Below, in pieces: positions 22,535 to 33,366 of a DNA stretch of 57,807 nucleotides. Below the pieces are notes generated by a model. That model had not been told where the DNA came from, searched no databases, and saw only the letters and a program-made list of their open reading frames with translations. Made by a program: the position numbers and the translations under genes. The stretch comes from Streptomyces virus Yaboi (Duplodnaviria > Heunggongvirae > Uroviricota > Caudoviricetes): the IMG/VR virus record IMGVR_UViG_2974625447_000001, positions 1 to 57,807 of that record; one strand, 5' to 3'. Within the stretch, counting starts at the first letter, position 1, and every line of letters starts with the position of its first letter.

Positions 22535-24271
22535 ATGTCCTATCAACTACAAGTTCTAGCAGATTCCCCGTTTTCTTATTGGAAGCTAGACGGAAGCGGC
22601 CCGGTGTATAATGATTCCGCAGGAAGTCTAAGACAAGCAGATCTGACTTCAACTGCGGTAATTCATCCTGCCCTCATTCTAGGCTCAGGCAACGCTCTCG
22701 TATTGCAAAATACAAATCAGCTCCAGATGGACGACCCGGTTTTCAACAAAGGCTATGAGTCCCGCCAGTTCTCTCTAGAGGCATGGGTGAAGCCTTTGTC
22801 CATCACAGGCGAGGTCAGCATTATGAGTCACAATGAAAATTACGACGGCCTCACAATCACGCCAAACAGAATCTATTTCAGGACAAAGTACCTAACTGCC
22901 CCGGCGTCAGAAATCAGCTACAAGTACGACACAGCAAAGGCTTTTCACGTAGTAGGCGTTCACACTAATGGTAAGAATGCTCTTTATGTAGACGGTCAAC
23001 TAGTAGCCGAAATTGATATCACTGATGAGCAATCTGCTGATGCATACAATTTTGTCAGCTCAGATTTGATTGCAGGACAATCAGCAACCTCATCCGCCAT
23101 CGCCCTTGATGCTCCAGCTATTTATGCTGCACCTTTGAGTGCTGAAACAATTAAGAAGCACTATGACTACGGAATCGACGTTGAGAGCAGCGAAGCAATT
23201 GCTGGATATAATGATGCCAGTCATTGGAATTTTGCCGATTCTGCGAGAAACATTGCGGTTTCAAAGCTATGGGATGATGAAGAGTGGATTGATGGAATCA
23301 TGACGGATGTTGTAATTGCAAACGACATCATTGTGCCTTCTTATGTTCAAACTGAAACGGAAGAAGTCATCGACGGCCTGATTGTTCCTGTTTACACAAA
23401 CACCTCTCTTCCTGGCGTATGGACTGGATCAATGGAGATTGGCGAATCAATCTCCAACATCACAGACGCTGTAATCAGATACAGAGGCGAAGGATCATTC
23501 ACAATTGAGTGTTCCATTGATAATGGTGATACATGGCAAAGCGTGGACAGCGCACCAGGATTCTCCCTGACAACAGAAGACTCTATTCTTGTTCGAGTCA
23601 CTTTTGCTGGCGGAATTGTAGATGATCAAAGTTATGTTGACTGGATTCAAATTGTTGCCTATTCAGACAAGGTGTTTAACGGGACAAGGAGTGATAGACA
23701 GGCGACTCTAACAGGAACGGCAGTAATGGCTAGAGAGTTTTTTGAGCCTATCGAATATGCTGATGACAATGGAATTAAGATTCTCACAGGTGACATTTCA
23801 GTTGGAGTAGACTCTTCATATGATGGTGAAGAAGAGGCGGGAGATTTGAATATCAATGGCATTGATATTTGGATTAAGCCAGTGGCCGGAAACATCATTA
23901 CTGCCGGATCTGCAAGTATTTCAAGAGTAGGAAACACAATTGTTTTCTCTGGCTTTTCTGATGTTGTTGTAAATGGAGTTCCGGTGACAAGCGGGACAAC
24001 TGTTTTTACCACAGACAGTTGGTATCACATTGCAGGAGTGTTTACAACACCGGGCAATTATGCTCTAACGATGGGAGTTGCCAATGCGCGAATTGCTCAG
24101 GCGTCAGCTATTTACGGAGACATCGACCTTGATGGAATTCAGCAAATGTATTCAGCATACCTAGGACTGCCAGGTCTTACCGTTGATGACGTTACTCCGA
24201 TTGGAATTGATACTGCAAACCCAGAGGCGCTGTTGTATGCTCATGTTTGGTCAATTTCACCAGCAGGTTAA
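22535..24271 (+). CDS. LamG/concanavalin-A-domain virion protein (putative minor tail)
   Basis: SYWKLD...FSLEAWVKP...FHVVGV...LYVDG; leaderless ATG 22535. Confidence 0.75.
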   Translation: MSYQLQVLADSPFSYWKLDGSGPVYNDSAGSLRQADLTSTAVIHPALILGSGNALVLQNTNQLQMDDPVFNKGYESRQFSLEAWVKPLSITGEVSIMSHNENYDGLTITPNRIYFRTKYLTAPASEISYKYDTAKAFHVVGVHTNGKNALYVDGQLVAEIDITDEQSADAYNFVSSDLIAGQSATSSAIALDAPAIYAAPLSAETIKKHYDYGIDVESSEAIAGYNDASHWNFADSARNIAVSKLWDDEEWIDGIMTDVVIANDIIVPSYVQTETEEVIDGLIVPVYTNTSLPGVWTGSMEIGESISNITDAVIRYRGEGSFTIECSIDNGDTWQSVDSAPGFSLTTEDSILVRVTFAGGIVDDQSYVDWIQIVAYSDKVFNGTRSDRQATLTGTAVMAREFFEPIEYADDNGIKILTGDISVGVDSSYDGEEEAGDLNINGIDIWIKPVAGNIITAGSASISRVGNTIVFSGFSDVVVNGVPVTSGTTVFTTDSWYHIAGVFTTPGNYALTMGVANARIAQASAIYGDIDLDGIQQMYSAYLGLPGLTVDDVTPIGIDTANPEALLYAHVWSISPAG

Positions 24272-24334
24272 GCATGTGGGGTCAATATCGGCCCCACTTT
24301 TGCTTTTTAATGCCGATGTCCTTATGATATGCAC

Positions 24335-24670
24335 ATGAAGAATCACAAGATGCAAATAGTAGAAGAGGCCGCATACGGTGTATACGTATGGGAAATGCCT
24401 AATGGACAGTGGGTCGGAGATGATGAAGGAAACTTCCTTTCCATTGCTGCCATGAAGGGTGACCAAAAGCGTATCAACGAGCTTACTCAGGCCGTCCGAC
24501 ACTATGGAATTCTAGTTGGAGAGCCCGTGTTTCTATCTGGTCATCGCAAGATTGATGACGAAGAATTTGAATATCAGAAGCAGCGTCAGGCGTTCGGACT
24601 AATTCCAGATGAAAATGACATTCCTGCTCTAGTAAGCGAGCAGATTTACAAGGAGCACAATGACCGATAA
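24335..24670 (+). CDS. Conserved-type hypothetical protein upstream of portal
   Basis: Leaderless ATG 6 nt after TATGAT. Confidence 0.75.
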   Translation: MKNHKMQIVEEAAYGVYVWEMPNGQWVGDDEGNFLSIAAMKGDQKRINELTQAVRHYGILVGEPVFLSGHRKIDDEEFEYQKQRQAFGLIPDENDIPALVSEQIYKEHNDR

Positions 24671-26231
24671 TCGAGTTGTCGAGGCAGAGGACGAGCAGTT
24701 TATCGAGGTCTCACTTGGCGACGGAATCTCAAGGACAATTGATCACAACCCTGATCCATTTCTAAAGAGCGCTTCCGAAATCAAGGATATGGATGGCCTC
24801 TCTCGTTCATTTAAAATCAGTACCACGAAGCAGATCAACAAGTTCTACCGTGGTACTGATGGTGCTGCCTCAAAGAAGATCGAGACAGAAGAGATTACCG
24901 GATACAATGCATTCAAGGTCATTCTGCCTCCATATAACCTCGATTATCTAGCTAAGCTTTATGAAGTGTCTCCTCCACATTACTCAGCCGTAAAGGCAAA
25001 GGTAGCCAATATTGTTGGTCTAGGTTACGATCTCGTAGAAAGCCCGGCGACAAAGCAGGCTCTTGACAAGATCGAAGGAGAAGAGAAGACAAAGAAGGCA
25101 CGTGCAAAGCTCGAAAGAGAAAAGCAGCGTCTAATGGACTGGATTGCAAGCTGCAATGAAGAAGATGACTTTATTGAAACTCTTATCAAGGTATGGACAG
25201 ATTACGAGGTAACAGGAAATGGCTACCTTGAAATTGGAAGAAAGAATACCGGAGAGATTGGATATATTGGTCACGTCCCTTCAACAAGCATGAGAATCCG
25301 TCAGGCCAGAGATGGATTTGTTCAGATCATCTCAAACAAGGCAGTGTTTTTCCGAAACTTTGGAGATACGAAGACTACTGATCCGGTGGGAGGAGACTCC
25401 CGACCTAACGAGGTTATCCATATTAAGAAGTATGCTCCAAGCAATGGCTTTTACGGAATTCCAGACATTGTTGCTGCAAAGGCCGCTGTTGCAGGTAATG
25501 AATTTGCAACGAGATTTAATCTTGATTACTTCGAGAATAAGGCCGTTCCACGTTATGTAATCGTTATTAAGGGTGGTAAGCTAAGCCCGGCGGCAGAGAG
25601 ACGTATTACTGAATTCTTCCAGACTTCCCTAAAGGGTAAGAACCACAGAACTCTTTATGTTCCTCTTCCACCTGATGAGCAGGATCGCAAGACCAGTTTT
25701 GAAATGAAGCCGGTGGAGGCTGGAACTCAGGATTCATCTTTTAACAATTACCGTAAGGGAAACCTGAACGACATCCTTATGGCTCACCGAGTTCCTATCT
25801 CAAAGGTCGGCCTTGCAGAAGGCGTAAGCCTAGCAGTTGCGAGAGATGCTGACAAGACATTCAAGGAGCAGGTGTGCCGTCCAGAGCAGACCATCTTTGA
25901 AAACAAGCTAAACAAGATTATGAGGGAAGTCACTGATGTATTCCTAATCCACCTCAACGAACTGTCTCTAACAGATGAAGACACTCAGAGCAAGATTGAT
26001 GAGCGTGCAATTAGAAACCAGTGGATGACTCCAAACGAAATTCGTGCTCGAAAGGGTCTTCCAGGTCTCAATGGTGGAGACAAGGTTGTAGAGCAGAAGC
26101 CTCAGCAGCAGGCCGAGGCAAGGGCTCAGACGAATCAAACAAGACAGCGTGATGCAGAACGCTCAGCTAATTCTCCTGATAATTCTGGAGAGGGAAGAAA
26201 CGCAAAGGGTGACGGAAGGCAAGTCCAGTGA
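24660..26231 (+). CDS. Portal protein
   Basis: HK97/PBSX-type portal motifs (GNGYLEI, EVIHIK..YG.P, F.N.A.P, TPNEIR..GLP). Confidence 0.93.
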   Translation: MTDNRVVEAEDEQFIEVSLGDGISRTIDHNPDPFLKSASEIKDMDGLSRSFKISTTKQINKFYRGTDGAASKKIETEEITGYNAFKVILPPYNLDYLAKLYEVSPPHYSAVKAKVANIVGLGYDLVESPATKQALDKIEGEEKTKKARAKLEREKQRLMDWIASCNEEDDFIETLIKVWTDYEVTGNGYLEIGRKNTGEIGYIGHVPSTSMRIRQARDGFVQIISNKAVFFRNFGDTKTTDPVGGDSRPNEVIHIKKYAPSNGFYGIPDIVAAKAAVAGNEFATRFNLDYFENKAVPRYVIVIKGGKLSPAAERRITEFFQTSLKGKNHRTLYVPLPPDEQDRKTSFEMKPVEAGTQDSSFNNYRKGNLNDILMAHRVPISKVGLAEGVSLAVARDADKTFKEQVCRPEQTIFENKLNKIMREVTDVFLIHLNELSLTDEDTQSKIDERAIRNQWMTPNEIRARKGLPGLNGGDKVVEQKPQQQAEARAQTNQTRQRDAERSANSPDNSGEGRNAKGDGRQVQ

Positions 26232-26686
26232 CAAGTAAAATCTGGAATAAAACAGATCAAGTTGCACGAGGACTAAGGAAGCCGATCAACACAGCCGCAA
26301 TCTCCATCATGGGAACATATACTTTTGTATGGGGATTGTGGCTGACCCTTCCTTGGTCAACATTTGGAAGAAGTCCAATCTATGAAAGAATGGACATGCT
26401 GGCCCCAGAGTACATTTGGGGGCCGGTGGCAATGATTATTGGTTGTTTCATGCTCAGAGGAGTATGGAAGCAAAGCTATCGAGCATTGCACACAGGAGCA
26501 GCAGCAGGATTCTATTACTGGTTCATTATCGCAGTTTTCTATATTCTGGGTTCATGGCAGTCAGTAGGATGGATCAATGCATTCATGGTGAGCGTTTACT
26601 GCGCCTTTGTTGCTATCAATTTGAGAGTGAACAAGAAGTTTATTGATCCTGAGTTGCATGATAATAACAAAGTCAATACCATATGA
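26228..26686 (+). CDS. 4-TM membrane protein
   Basis: Four hydrophobic segments. Confidence 0.75.
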   Translation: MTSKIWNKTDQVARGLRKPINTAAISIMGTYTFVWGLWLTLPWSTFGRSPIYERMDMLAPEYIWGPVAMIIGCFMLRGVWKQSYRALHTGAAAGFYYWFIIAVFYILGSWQSVGWINAFMVSVYCAFVAINLRVNKKFIDPELHDNNKVNTI

Positions 26687-27978
26687 ACATGAAGATTGAA
26701 AAGGCATCCTGGCATTCTGACGGTGATAATCTCCGTCTGACTATGCCAATTGCGAAGTATGATGTGGAGAAGCGTCAGGTAAGTGGATTCGCCACCCTTG
26801 ACAATTTCGATTCACACGGAGACATTGTGCTAGCCGAGGCTAGCCAAAAGGCGTTTTCACGATTTCGTGGAAACATCCGTGAAATGCATCAGCCTATCGC
26901 AGTAGGAAAGATGGTCGATTTCAGGGAAGAGGAATTCTACGACCCAACGACCGAGAAGTTCTACCGGGGCATCTTCGCAACTGTCTATGTTTCAAAGGGT
27001 GCTCAGGACACATGGGAAAAGGTACTTGACGGTACTCTTACGGGATTCAGCATCGGTGGAAACATCATCGACGCAGAAACCCAGTGGAATAAGGATGCCG
27101 AGACTAACGTAAGATTCATCAAGGACTACGAGCTTATTGAGCTTTCTCTTGTAGACAATCCTGCTAATCAGCTAGCCAATGTATTCAGCATTCAGAAGAC
27201 TGCTGATGGCCAGGTGATGAAGGGGATGGTCGCAGAAACTTCCGTCGAGAATGTCTTTTGGTGTCCAAAGGATGAAATTGCAAAGACCACTGCCGATGAC
27301 TCCTATGCTTGTCCAGTATGTGACAAGTCAATGCAGAATGTTGGCTGGTTTGAAACTGATGCCTCATCTCGTTCTGAGAAGATGGCTAAGGTGATCAACG
27401 AATTTAGAAATTCTTCTGACACAGAGGACACTCACGAAGGAGGTGCAGAACAAGTGACTAAGGAAAATGAAGGCGACGCTGTAGCAGAGCAGGGTCGTGC
27501 CGAATCAGAGACTCCAGTTGAGGAATCAACAACTGAGAATGCTCCAGAGGTTGAAGCCGATGGAACTGTTGAGTCCGGTGAGGAAACCGCAGCAGAGGTA
27601 GACGAAGGTGGGCCAGAGGAGCCAAACTTCGAAAAGATGCTTGAGCAGGTCCAGGAGACAATTAAGAAGGGCCTAGAGCAGACACGTGAAGCTACTGCTG
27701 AGGAAATCAAGATTATCGAGACCAAGGTTGATGAAATCAACAAGGCATTCGATTCAAAGTTTTCTGAGCTAGTCGAAAAGCACGGCGAGCTTAGCGAAAA
27801 GTTTGAGAGCCTTTCCAAGCAGGCTGACGACGTTACAAAGCGTCTAGACAGCGTTGAAAAGGAAACGGCGATTAAGAAGTCCGGAGACGTTGGCGCGTCA
27901 AAGGAAGAGACCATTACCAAGAGTAACGGCTCAAAGTGGGGCGGACACTTCCTCAGTGTATCCGACATTAGTAGATAA
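26683..27978 (+). CDS. Capsid maturation protease fused to acidic/coiled-coil scaffold
   Basis: DSHGDIV, REMHQP, GFSIGG, ELSLVDNPAN; C-terminal coiled coil. Confidence 0.9.
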   Translation: MNMKIEKASWHSDGDNLRLTMPIAKYDVEKRQVSGFATLDNFDSHGDIVLAEASQKAFSRFRGNIREMHQPIAVGKMVDFREEEFYDPTTEKFYRGIFATVYVSKGAQDTWEKVLDGTLTGFSIGGNIIDAETQWNKDAETNVRFIKDYELIELSLVDNPANQLANVFSIQKTADGQVMKGMVAETSVENVFWCPKDEIAKTTADDSYACPVCDKSMQNVGWFETDASSRSEKMAKVINEFRNSSDTEDTHEGGAEQVTKENEGDAVAEQGRAESETPVEESTTENAPEVEADGTVESGEETAAEVDEGGPEEPNFEKMLEQVQETIKKGLEQTREATAEEIKIIETKVDEINKAFDSKFSELVEKHGELSEKFESLSKQADDVTKRLDSVEKETAIKKSGDVGASKEETITKSNGSKWGGHFLSVSDISR

Positions 27979-28009
27979 TCTTTGAAAGGAAAAGAGGTGA
28001 ACAACAACT

Positions 28010-29008
28010 ATGAGCAATGACGAGATGATTGAAAAGGTCATTCGTACTACTGAGGTAGCATCTGGTGGCGGTGGTCTGCTAAACGCAGAACAGTCTAACC
28101 GCTTCATCGACTACATGTGGGAAGCCACTGTTCTCGGTACCCAGGTTCGCACCATTCGTATGAGAGCCGACACAGTTGACATTGACAAGCTCGGAATTGG
28201 TGAGCGTCTAATGAGAGTTGCAACAGAGGCCGTTGACGACGGTGTAAACGCTGGAGCGACCTTCTCTAAGATTTCTCTTACCACCAAGAAGCTTCGTCTA
28301 GACTGGGAAATCTCAACGGAGTCCCTTGAGGACAACATTGAGGGTGAGGCCCTTGAAGACCACATCGCACGTCTAATGGCTACTCAGGCCGGTAACGACC
28401 TTGAGGATCTAGCAATTAACGGTGACACTGCCCTAACGGGTAACCCACTGCTAAAGGCATTCGACGGATGGCGCAAGCGTGCTCTTGCTGGCGGTCATGT
28501 AATTGACCACGGAGGAGCAGGTGTTGACCGTAGCGTCTTCAACAAGGCTCTTAAGGCTATGCCACGTAAGTACATGCAGCGTCGTAACGGCCTTAAGTTC
28601 TTCACTGGTTCCAATGTAATTCAGGACTACCTATTCAGCCTACAGAACACTTCTGCTGACTACGTTACTCCAGAGGCCCTAGCGGCTGCGGGTATCAACA
28701 GCGGTGTACGTACTGAGGGTCCTGCCGGTTTCACAACCGGAAATGCATTCGGTATCCCAGTGCAGGAAGTTCCTCTATTCGAGGAGACCCTTAATGGTGA
28801 CTACTCAGGAGCTTCTGGTGACCACGCAGACGTATGGCTAACATTCCCTAACAACATGCTATGGGGTGTTAAGCGTGAGGTCCAGATCTTCACTGAGTTC
28901 AAGCCTAAGAAGGACACCACCGAGTACACAATGTACTGCCGTGTGGGAACTCAGATTGAGAACGCCGACGCATTTGTTGTCGTAAAGAACGTCAAGATTG
29001 CAGCCTAA
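28010..29008 (+). CDS. Major capsid protein (HK97 fold)
   Basis: GGLLNAEQSNRFI, EISTESLED, EDLAINGD; position after the protease. Confidence 0.93.
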   Translation: MSNDEMIEKVIRTTEVASGGGGLLNAEQSNRFIDYMWEATVLGTQVRTIRMRADTVDIDKLGIGERLMRVATEAVDDGVNAGATFSKISLTTKKLRLDWEISTESLEDNIEGEALEDHIARLMATQAGNDLEDLAINGDTALTGNPLLKAFDGWRKRALAGGHVIDHGGAGVDRSVFNKALKAMPRKYMQRRNGLKFFTGSNVIQDYLFSLQNTSADYVTPEALAAAGINSGVRTEGPAGFTTGNAFGIPVQEVPLFEETLNGDYSGASGDHADVWLTFPNNMLWGVKREVQIFTEFKPKKDTTEYTMYCRVGTQIENADAFVVVKNVKIAA

Positions 29009-29081
29009 TTCATTAGGTGGCAAAATAGAAGGGAGGGCTTCGGCCCTCCTTTCTGTGTTATAATCGTCCTATGGAGGAAAC

Positions 29082-29477
29082 ATGAGTTACAACAAGATGA
29101 AGGTGGACGAGCTTCGAGAACTTGCGGATGCGTATGCAGTTGACGTTGATCCTTCCGATAATAAGTCAGTGATTATAAATAAGCTCATTGAAAGCGGAGT
29201 GACATTTGAATATCACCAGGCTCAGGTAAAGGCAGCCGAGAGTGCTGAAAAGATTGAACCAGCCCCGGTGTTTGATGAGCCAGCGGAAGATGACGGATCT
29301 AATAAGATTCTTCTAAGAATGACTAGAGCCAACGGTACGTTCGAAGTTCGTGGAGCACGATTCACCCAGACCAATCCTTATGCTCTTGTAGCTGAAAGAG
29401 ATGCAGATTACATTATTGAATCCTATGAGGGTTTCCGCATCGCTTCACCAAGAGAAGTCAAGGAATTCTATAGCTGA
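29082..29477 (+). CDS. Hypothetical protein with Rho-N/HeH-like N-terminus
   Basis: MKVDELRELA...K..II helix-loop-helix pattern. Confidence 0.7.
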   Translation: MSYNKMKVDELRELADAYAVDVDPSDNKSVIINKLIESGVTFEYHQAQVKAAESAEKIEPAPVFDEPAEDDGSNKILLRMTRANGTFEVRGARFTQTNPYALVAERDADYIIESYEGFRIASPREVKEFYS

Positions 29478-29533
29478 TAGAGGCCCTTCGGGGCCTCTTT
29501 GCTATTTAACTTCTCAGGATCTATAATTCATTC

Positions 29534-30406
29534 ATGGAAATTTACAGAGACACTTCTGGCGTAGCAACGCTGGAACATCCAGTAACAGGAACGCTAACCG
29601 CTGACATTTATCGCGGTACCGAAGTGCTTTCTACAAACCTACCAGTCACGTCAGCCGGTGGTATTCACACAGTTCAAATCAACTGGGAACACACTGAATA
29701 CGATGGCACATTGAAGATCGTATGGAAGAAGACTGATTTTGAGAGAGTGACCTGGCTCGAAGTTGTCACTCCAATTGTTCCTCTTTCCGTACTCGACACG
29801 CTTCTAGATGGCGTATCCACAGAAGATCAGTACGACGCGGAAAGGATCGTACGCAAGATCATTGAGGTTTATACTGGGCAGACATTCGGAAAGTTCCGTG
29901 GAACGATCGATGTCGCAGGTAACGACAGCACTCAGCTAGCCCTCCCAATGCCTCTTCTACAATTGCGTAAAATGTCAGATGACAGGTTCGACTATGGGAT
30001 TAATGCATTTACTATCAGGGGTGAAGGATGGTTCCTAGGCCAGACTCCTGGTGCCTACTGGAGCATTAAAGACGCTCCACCCGAAGAGGTTCTTGATCAA
30101 TTCAACAATGGAGTCATTTACGCGCCCGGTGTAGTAAAGAAGGGTGATTTCAGATATACTTCATATTACACGATTGAAGGAGATTGGGGATACGAATCAG
30201 TTCCCACTCCAGTGGTAGAGGCGGCAAAGATGCTCATTTCTGACTACGCATGTCAGGACAGCTCATACAGAGACAAGTACCTTGAGTCAATGAAGGCGGC
30301 CGACTGGAGAATTCAGTACACTCAGGGAGCATACGATGGAACTGGAAATCTAAAGGCAGATCAGCTTCTAAATCCTTATAAGCTAAGCAACATGGTGGTT
30401 ATATGA
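29534..30406 (+). CDS. Head-to-tail adaptor
   Basis: AERIV.VYTGQ, WGYESVP.PV.EAA..L; position. Confidence 0.75.
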   Translation: MEIYRDTSGVATLEHPVTGTLTADIYRGTEVLSTNLPVTSAGGIHTVQINWEHTEYDGTLKIVWKKTDFERVTWLEVVTPIVPLSVLDTLLDGVSTEDQYDAERIVRKIIEVYTGQTFGKFRGTIDVAGNDSTQLALPMPLLQLRKMSDDRFDYGINAFTIRGEGWFLGQTPGAYWSIKDAPPEEVLDQFNNGVIYAPGVVKKGDFRYTSYYTIEGDWGYESVPTPVVEAAKMLISDYACQDSSYRDKYLESMKAADWRIQYTQGAYDGTGNLKADQLLNPYKLSNMVVI

Positions 30407-30897
30407 GTTGTCTTATCGGATCTCGTTTTAATATGCGAGCAACAGTTCTTCGACAGGCTGGAACCAATCCGCAGGAAAATCCCGGCGGACATTGGGAAAC
30501 AAGGCAAGACCCAGACTCAGGGGCAATTGAAAGAGTATGGGTTCCAGACGAAGATGGCACCACGCCAGGAGATCAGACCCTTGTTATCAATTGCATGGTG
30601 AGAGGTGTAACAAATGGAGGTATCCGTGCGGCAGGAACAACTCAGAGGTTTTCAGAGATTTATGAGAATGTTGACTGGGCTGTCATTCAATTCCCAGCAT
30701 CAGTTGTTCTCAGCAAGTATGACAGAGTTACCAACATCACAAACGCCAGAGGAGATCTCATCTGGCGAGAGGAAGAAATTGATCAAGCGCCAGCTACTGT
30801 ATTCCAAGTTATGGGATCTACTCCCGTAATTGATCCATTTGGAAATCACATCGAGAACACAGCATTGTTGCAGAGAGCACAGGTTCAGAGTGGCTAA
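30403..30897 (+). CDS. Head-to-tail stopper / closure protein
   Basis: Position and size. Confidence 0.6.
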   Translation: MSCLIGSRFNMRATVLRQAGTNPQENPGGHWETRQDPDSGAIERVWVPDEDGTTPGDQTLVINCMVRGVTNGGIRAAGTTQRFSEIYENVDWAVIQFPASVVLSKYDRVTNITNARGDLIWREEEIDQAPATVFQVMGSTPVIDPFGNHIENTALLQRAQVQSG

Positions 30898-31678
30898 GGG
30901 TAAAGCATTTGTAGGAGTAACGGCAGACACAACGGAAGTCAGCGCTCTATCAGGATTCATTTCAACATTGTCTACTCAAATGAAGTCTGATGTGAATATG
31001 GCTCCGGTGCTGGACTATGCTCACTCAGCAATGTCTCAGAAGTTTGACGCCTACATGTCTGCTCTAGCACCTGCTGCTCCAAATCAATTCCATCACGTGT
31101 ATGACTGGGGTAGAATTGGTGTCCCTCAACATCAGCTTTGGAAGAATACACTAAGAGGACGCGGCGGAAACAAGTACGCATCCTTTGAATTCAGAGCCTC
31201 AGTTCTTCCTGTGCCCTTGCCAGAGGGAAACAAGAAGCCATTCAAGCGTAAGCATAGATTTATTTACAAGGCCATGGTCATGGAGTACAATATTGGAGTG
31301 ACCGTAAGACCAAAGAGAGCAAAGATGCTTGCCTTCCCTAACGAACGCGGAGACATCATTTTCACAAAGGGTCCCGTCTTTGTGCAGAATCCTGGTGGAA
31401 TGGGAACAACTGGAGCGTTCACTTCTGCCTGGTCAAATTGGTGGGGTGGCGCTGGAGCAAATGAAGTATTTAAGAATGAAGTGAAGCGAGTTCTGGAGAG
31501 AGACATGAGCGAGTCAGCCATGTCAAGATTCATGAAGAGATTTAAGAGGGCTAAGTTCAGAACTGGAACAATCAGTGTTGCAGATTCTCGTGCGGCGATG
31601 GCAGACGGTTCCCGCCTAGCCTTTGAGTTTCTACAGGAAAGAAACAGAAAGAATGAGGCGAGAAGGAAGACGCAATGA
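30890..31678 (+). CDS. Neck/tail completion-type protein
   Basis: GTG start overlapping the upstream stop; basic protein; position. Confidence 0.55.
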   Translation: MAKGKAFVGVTADTTEVSALSGFISTLSTQMKSDVNMAPVLDYAHSAMSQKFDAYMSALAPAAPNQFHHVYDWGRIGVPQHQLWKNTLRGRGGNKYASFEFRASVLPVPLPEGNKKPFKRKHRFIYKAMVMEYNIGVTVRPKRAKMLAFPNERGDIIFTKGPVFVQNPGGMGTTGAFTSAWSNWWGGAGANEVFKNEVKRVLERDMSESAMSRFMKRFKRAKFRTGTISVADSRAAMADGSRLAFEFLQERNRKNEARRKTQ

Positions 31679-32178
31679 CATATGACATTACAGCTACACA
31701 TGCACTGAACAAGTTTCTCACAGATCAGCTACGAGGTGAGGGACTAATTGATCTTGCCAAGTATAACGGATTGACTCCGTTTATTCCTGCACAGCAGCAG
31801 CCAGAATTTACTAACCTTCCTTCCGGAGTCCCATTCTTTGTGTATAACTACGCATCCAATGGAGAGTACGAAGACTGGTGGCTGGAGCATGAGCAAGCTG
31901 CATACGTAATCTATTCTGACAGTGAGAAGCAAATCAGACAGATTACAAATTATCTCAACCAGCTTCTAAAGCGTTACGATTGGGCTGCTGATGATATCAA
32001 CGATTATCTGCGTGAATTCGGAACGACAGAACAGAAGAAGTTCCATTTCAAGTACACAAGAATCATCAGTATGGCATCAATTGAACCGGCGACAGAAGAG
32101 GGCGGAAGATATTCAGGCTCTATTGTCGTCAATCTATGCTTCACCTCTGATCTTAATCAGCAGGGCATGCGAATCTAA
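31675..32178 (+). CDS. Tail terminator
   Basis: Position directly before the major tail gene. Confidence 0.6.
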   Translation: MTYDITATHALNKFLTDQLRGEGLIDLAKYNGLTPFIPAQQQPEFTNLPSGVPFFVYNYASNGEYEDWWLEHEQAAYVIYSDSEKQIRQITNYLNQLLKRYDWAADDINDYLREFGTTEQKKFHFKYTRIISMASIEPATEEGGRYSGSIVVNLCFTSDLNQQGMRI

Positions 32179-32284
32179 CGAATTCGCATGATAATCAATC
32201 TTCATATACTATGAAGGCAATTGAGGAAGTGTGTCTAGCCAACACAAAGGATATACTTTTTCAGAAAAGAGGTGAAAAGCAAAG

Positions 32285-32908
32285 ATGACGTACAAGGTTA
32301 AGAACATTATCATTGGTGCTGCGGCAGTTTATCTTTCAGCGGAAGACTCCACTGAATGGACTAGCGCACCAGCCCTTCCAACCGTATCCGGTACTGCCAG
32401 CATGGTTCCTGCCCTAGATGGGTCAGCAGACTGGCGTCACACTGGATTTACGTCCGAAGGTGTCGAGGTTTCTTACGAGCCAGATTACGGTGAGGTAGAA
32501 GTTGACCAGCTTCTAGACTCCGCGAAGCTATTCAAGCAGTCTATGAGAGTTACGGTTAACACCACATTCTCAGAGGCCACCCTTGAGAACCTTCTCGTTG
32601 TTTGGGGTCAGCAGAATACGACTTACACAAGCGGAACCACTGAGGAAACTCTGGCTATTGCTGCTGGTGCTCTTGGTGACGAGCCAACAGAGCGTTCTGT
32701 AGCATTCGTCGGTCCTGCACCACGTGCAGATGCCGGTACCAAGCGTGAGCGTGTATACCACGTAAGACGTGCTCTATCAATCGAGTCTTCTTCTCATTCA
32801 CTGAGGAGAAATGAGGCCACTGTATTCCCAGTCTCATTCCGACTACTTCCAGACCCAAGCTTCTCAGGTCAGGAGTACGGTGTGATTAGGGACAGAAACA
32901 TCGCCTAA
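32285..32908 (+). CDS. Major tail protein
   Basis: GFTSEGVEVSYEP...V.VDQ pattern; own terminator. Confidence 0.85.
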   Translation: MTYKVKNIIIGAAAVYLSAEDSTEWTSAPALPTVSGTASMVPALDGSADWRHTGFTSEGVEVSYEPDYGEVEVDQLLDSAKLFKQSMRVTVNTTFSEATLENLLVVWGQQNTTYTSGTTEETLAIAAGALGDEPTERSVAFVGPAPRADAGTKRERVYHVRRALSIESSSHSLRRNEATVFPVSFRLLPDPSFSGQEYGVIRDRNIA

Positions 32909-33003
32909 TACAACGACTTTTCGCATTGGCCCCCGAGAGGGGGCCTTTGCATTTTGGATTGTGACAATCCGTTGATATAATGATGTCAACACAAGGAGGA
33001 AAA

Positions 33004-33366
33004 TTGGCAACAAGCGTTTATACCACCGAGGAGATCGTTCTCCAGGATGGTACGGAAGTAACCCTAAAGCCTTTGAACATTAAGAACCTTCGAAAGTTCA
33101 TGAAGAAGTGGAAGGGCCTTTCAGAGATTAAGGTTGAAGAGAGCGGAGATAGCGACGAGCTAGTTGATTTCATTATCGACGCGGCGCAAATCTGTCTCGC
33201 ATCACTTTACCCAGACTATGCGAACAAGGCAAAGTACGAGGAAGCAGTGGACATTCCTACAGTGCATAAGATCATTGAAGTGTGTGCAGGAATTAAGCTT
33301 AACGACCCGGAACTGGAAGCCGCAGCGAGAGCGGCGATGATGACTCAGGCGGCTGGGACAATCTAA
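33004..33366 (+). CDS. Tail assembly chaperone (G)
   Basis: TTG start with AGGAGG; lies between the major tail and tape measure genes. Confidence 0.8.
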   Translation: MATSVYTTEEIVLQDGTEVTLKPLNIKNLRKFMKKWKGLSEIKVEESGDSDELVDFIIDAAQICLASLYPDYANKAKYEEAVDIPTVHKIIEVCAGIKLNDPELEAAARAAMMTQAAGTI

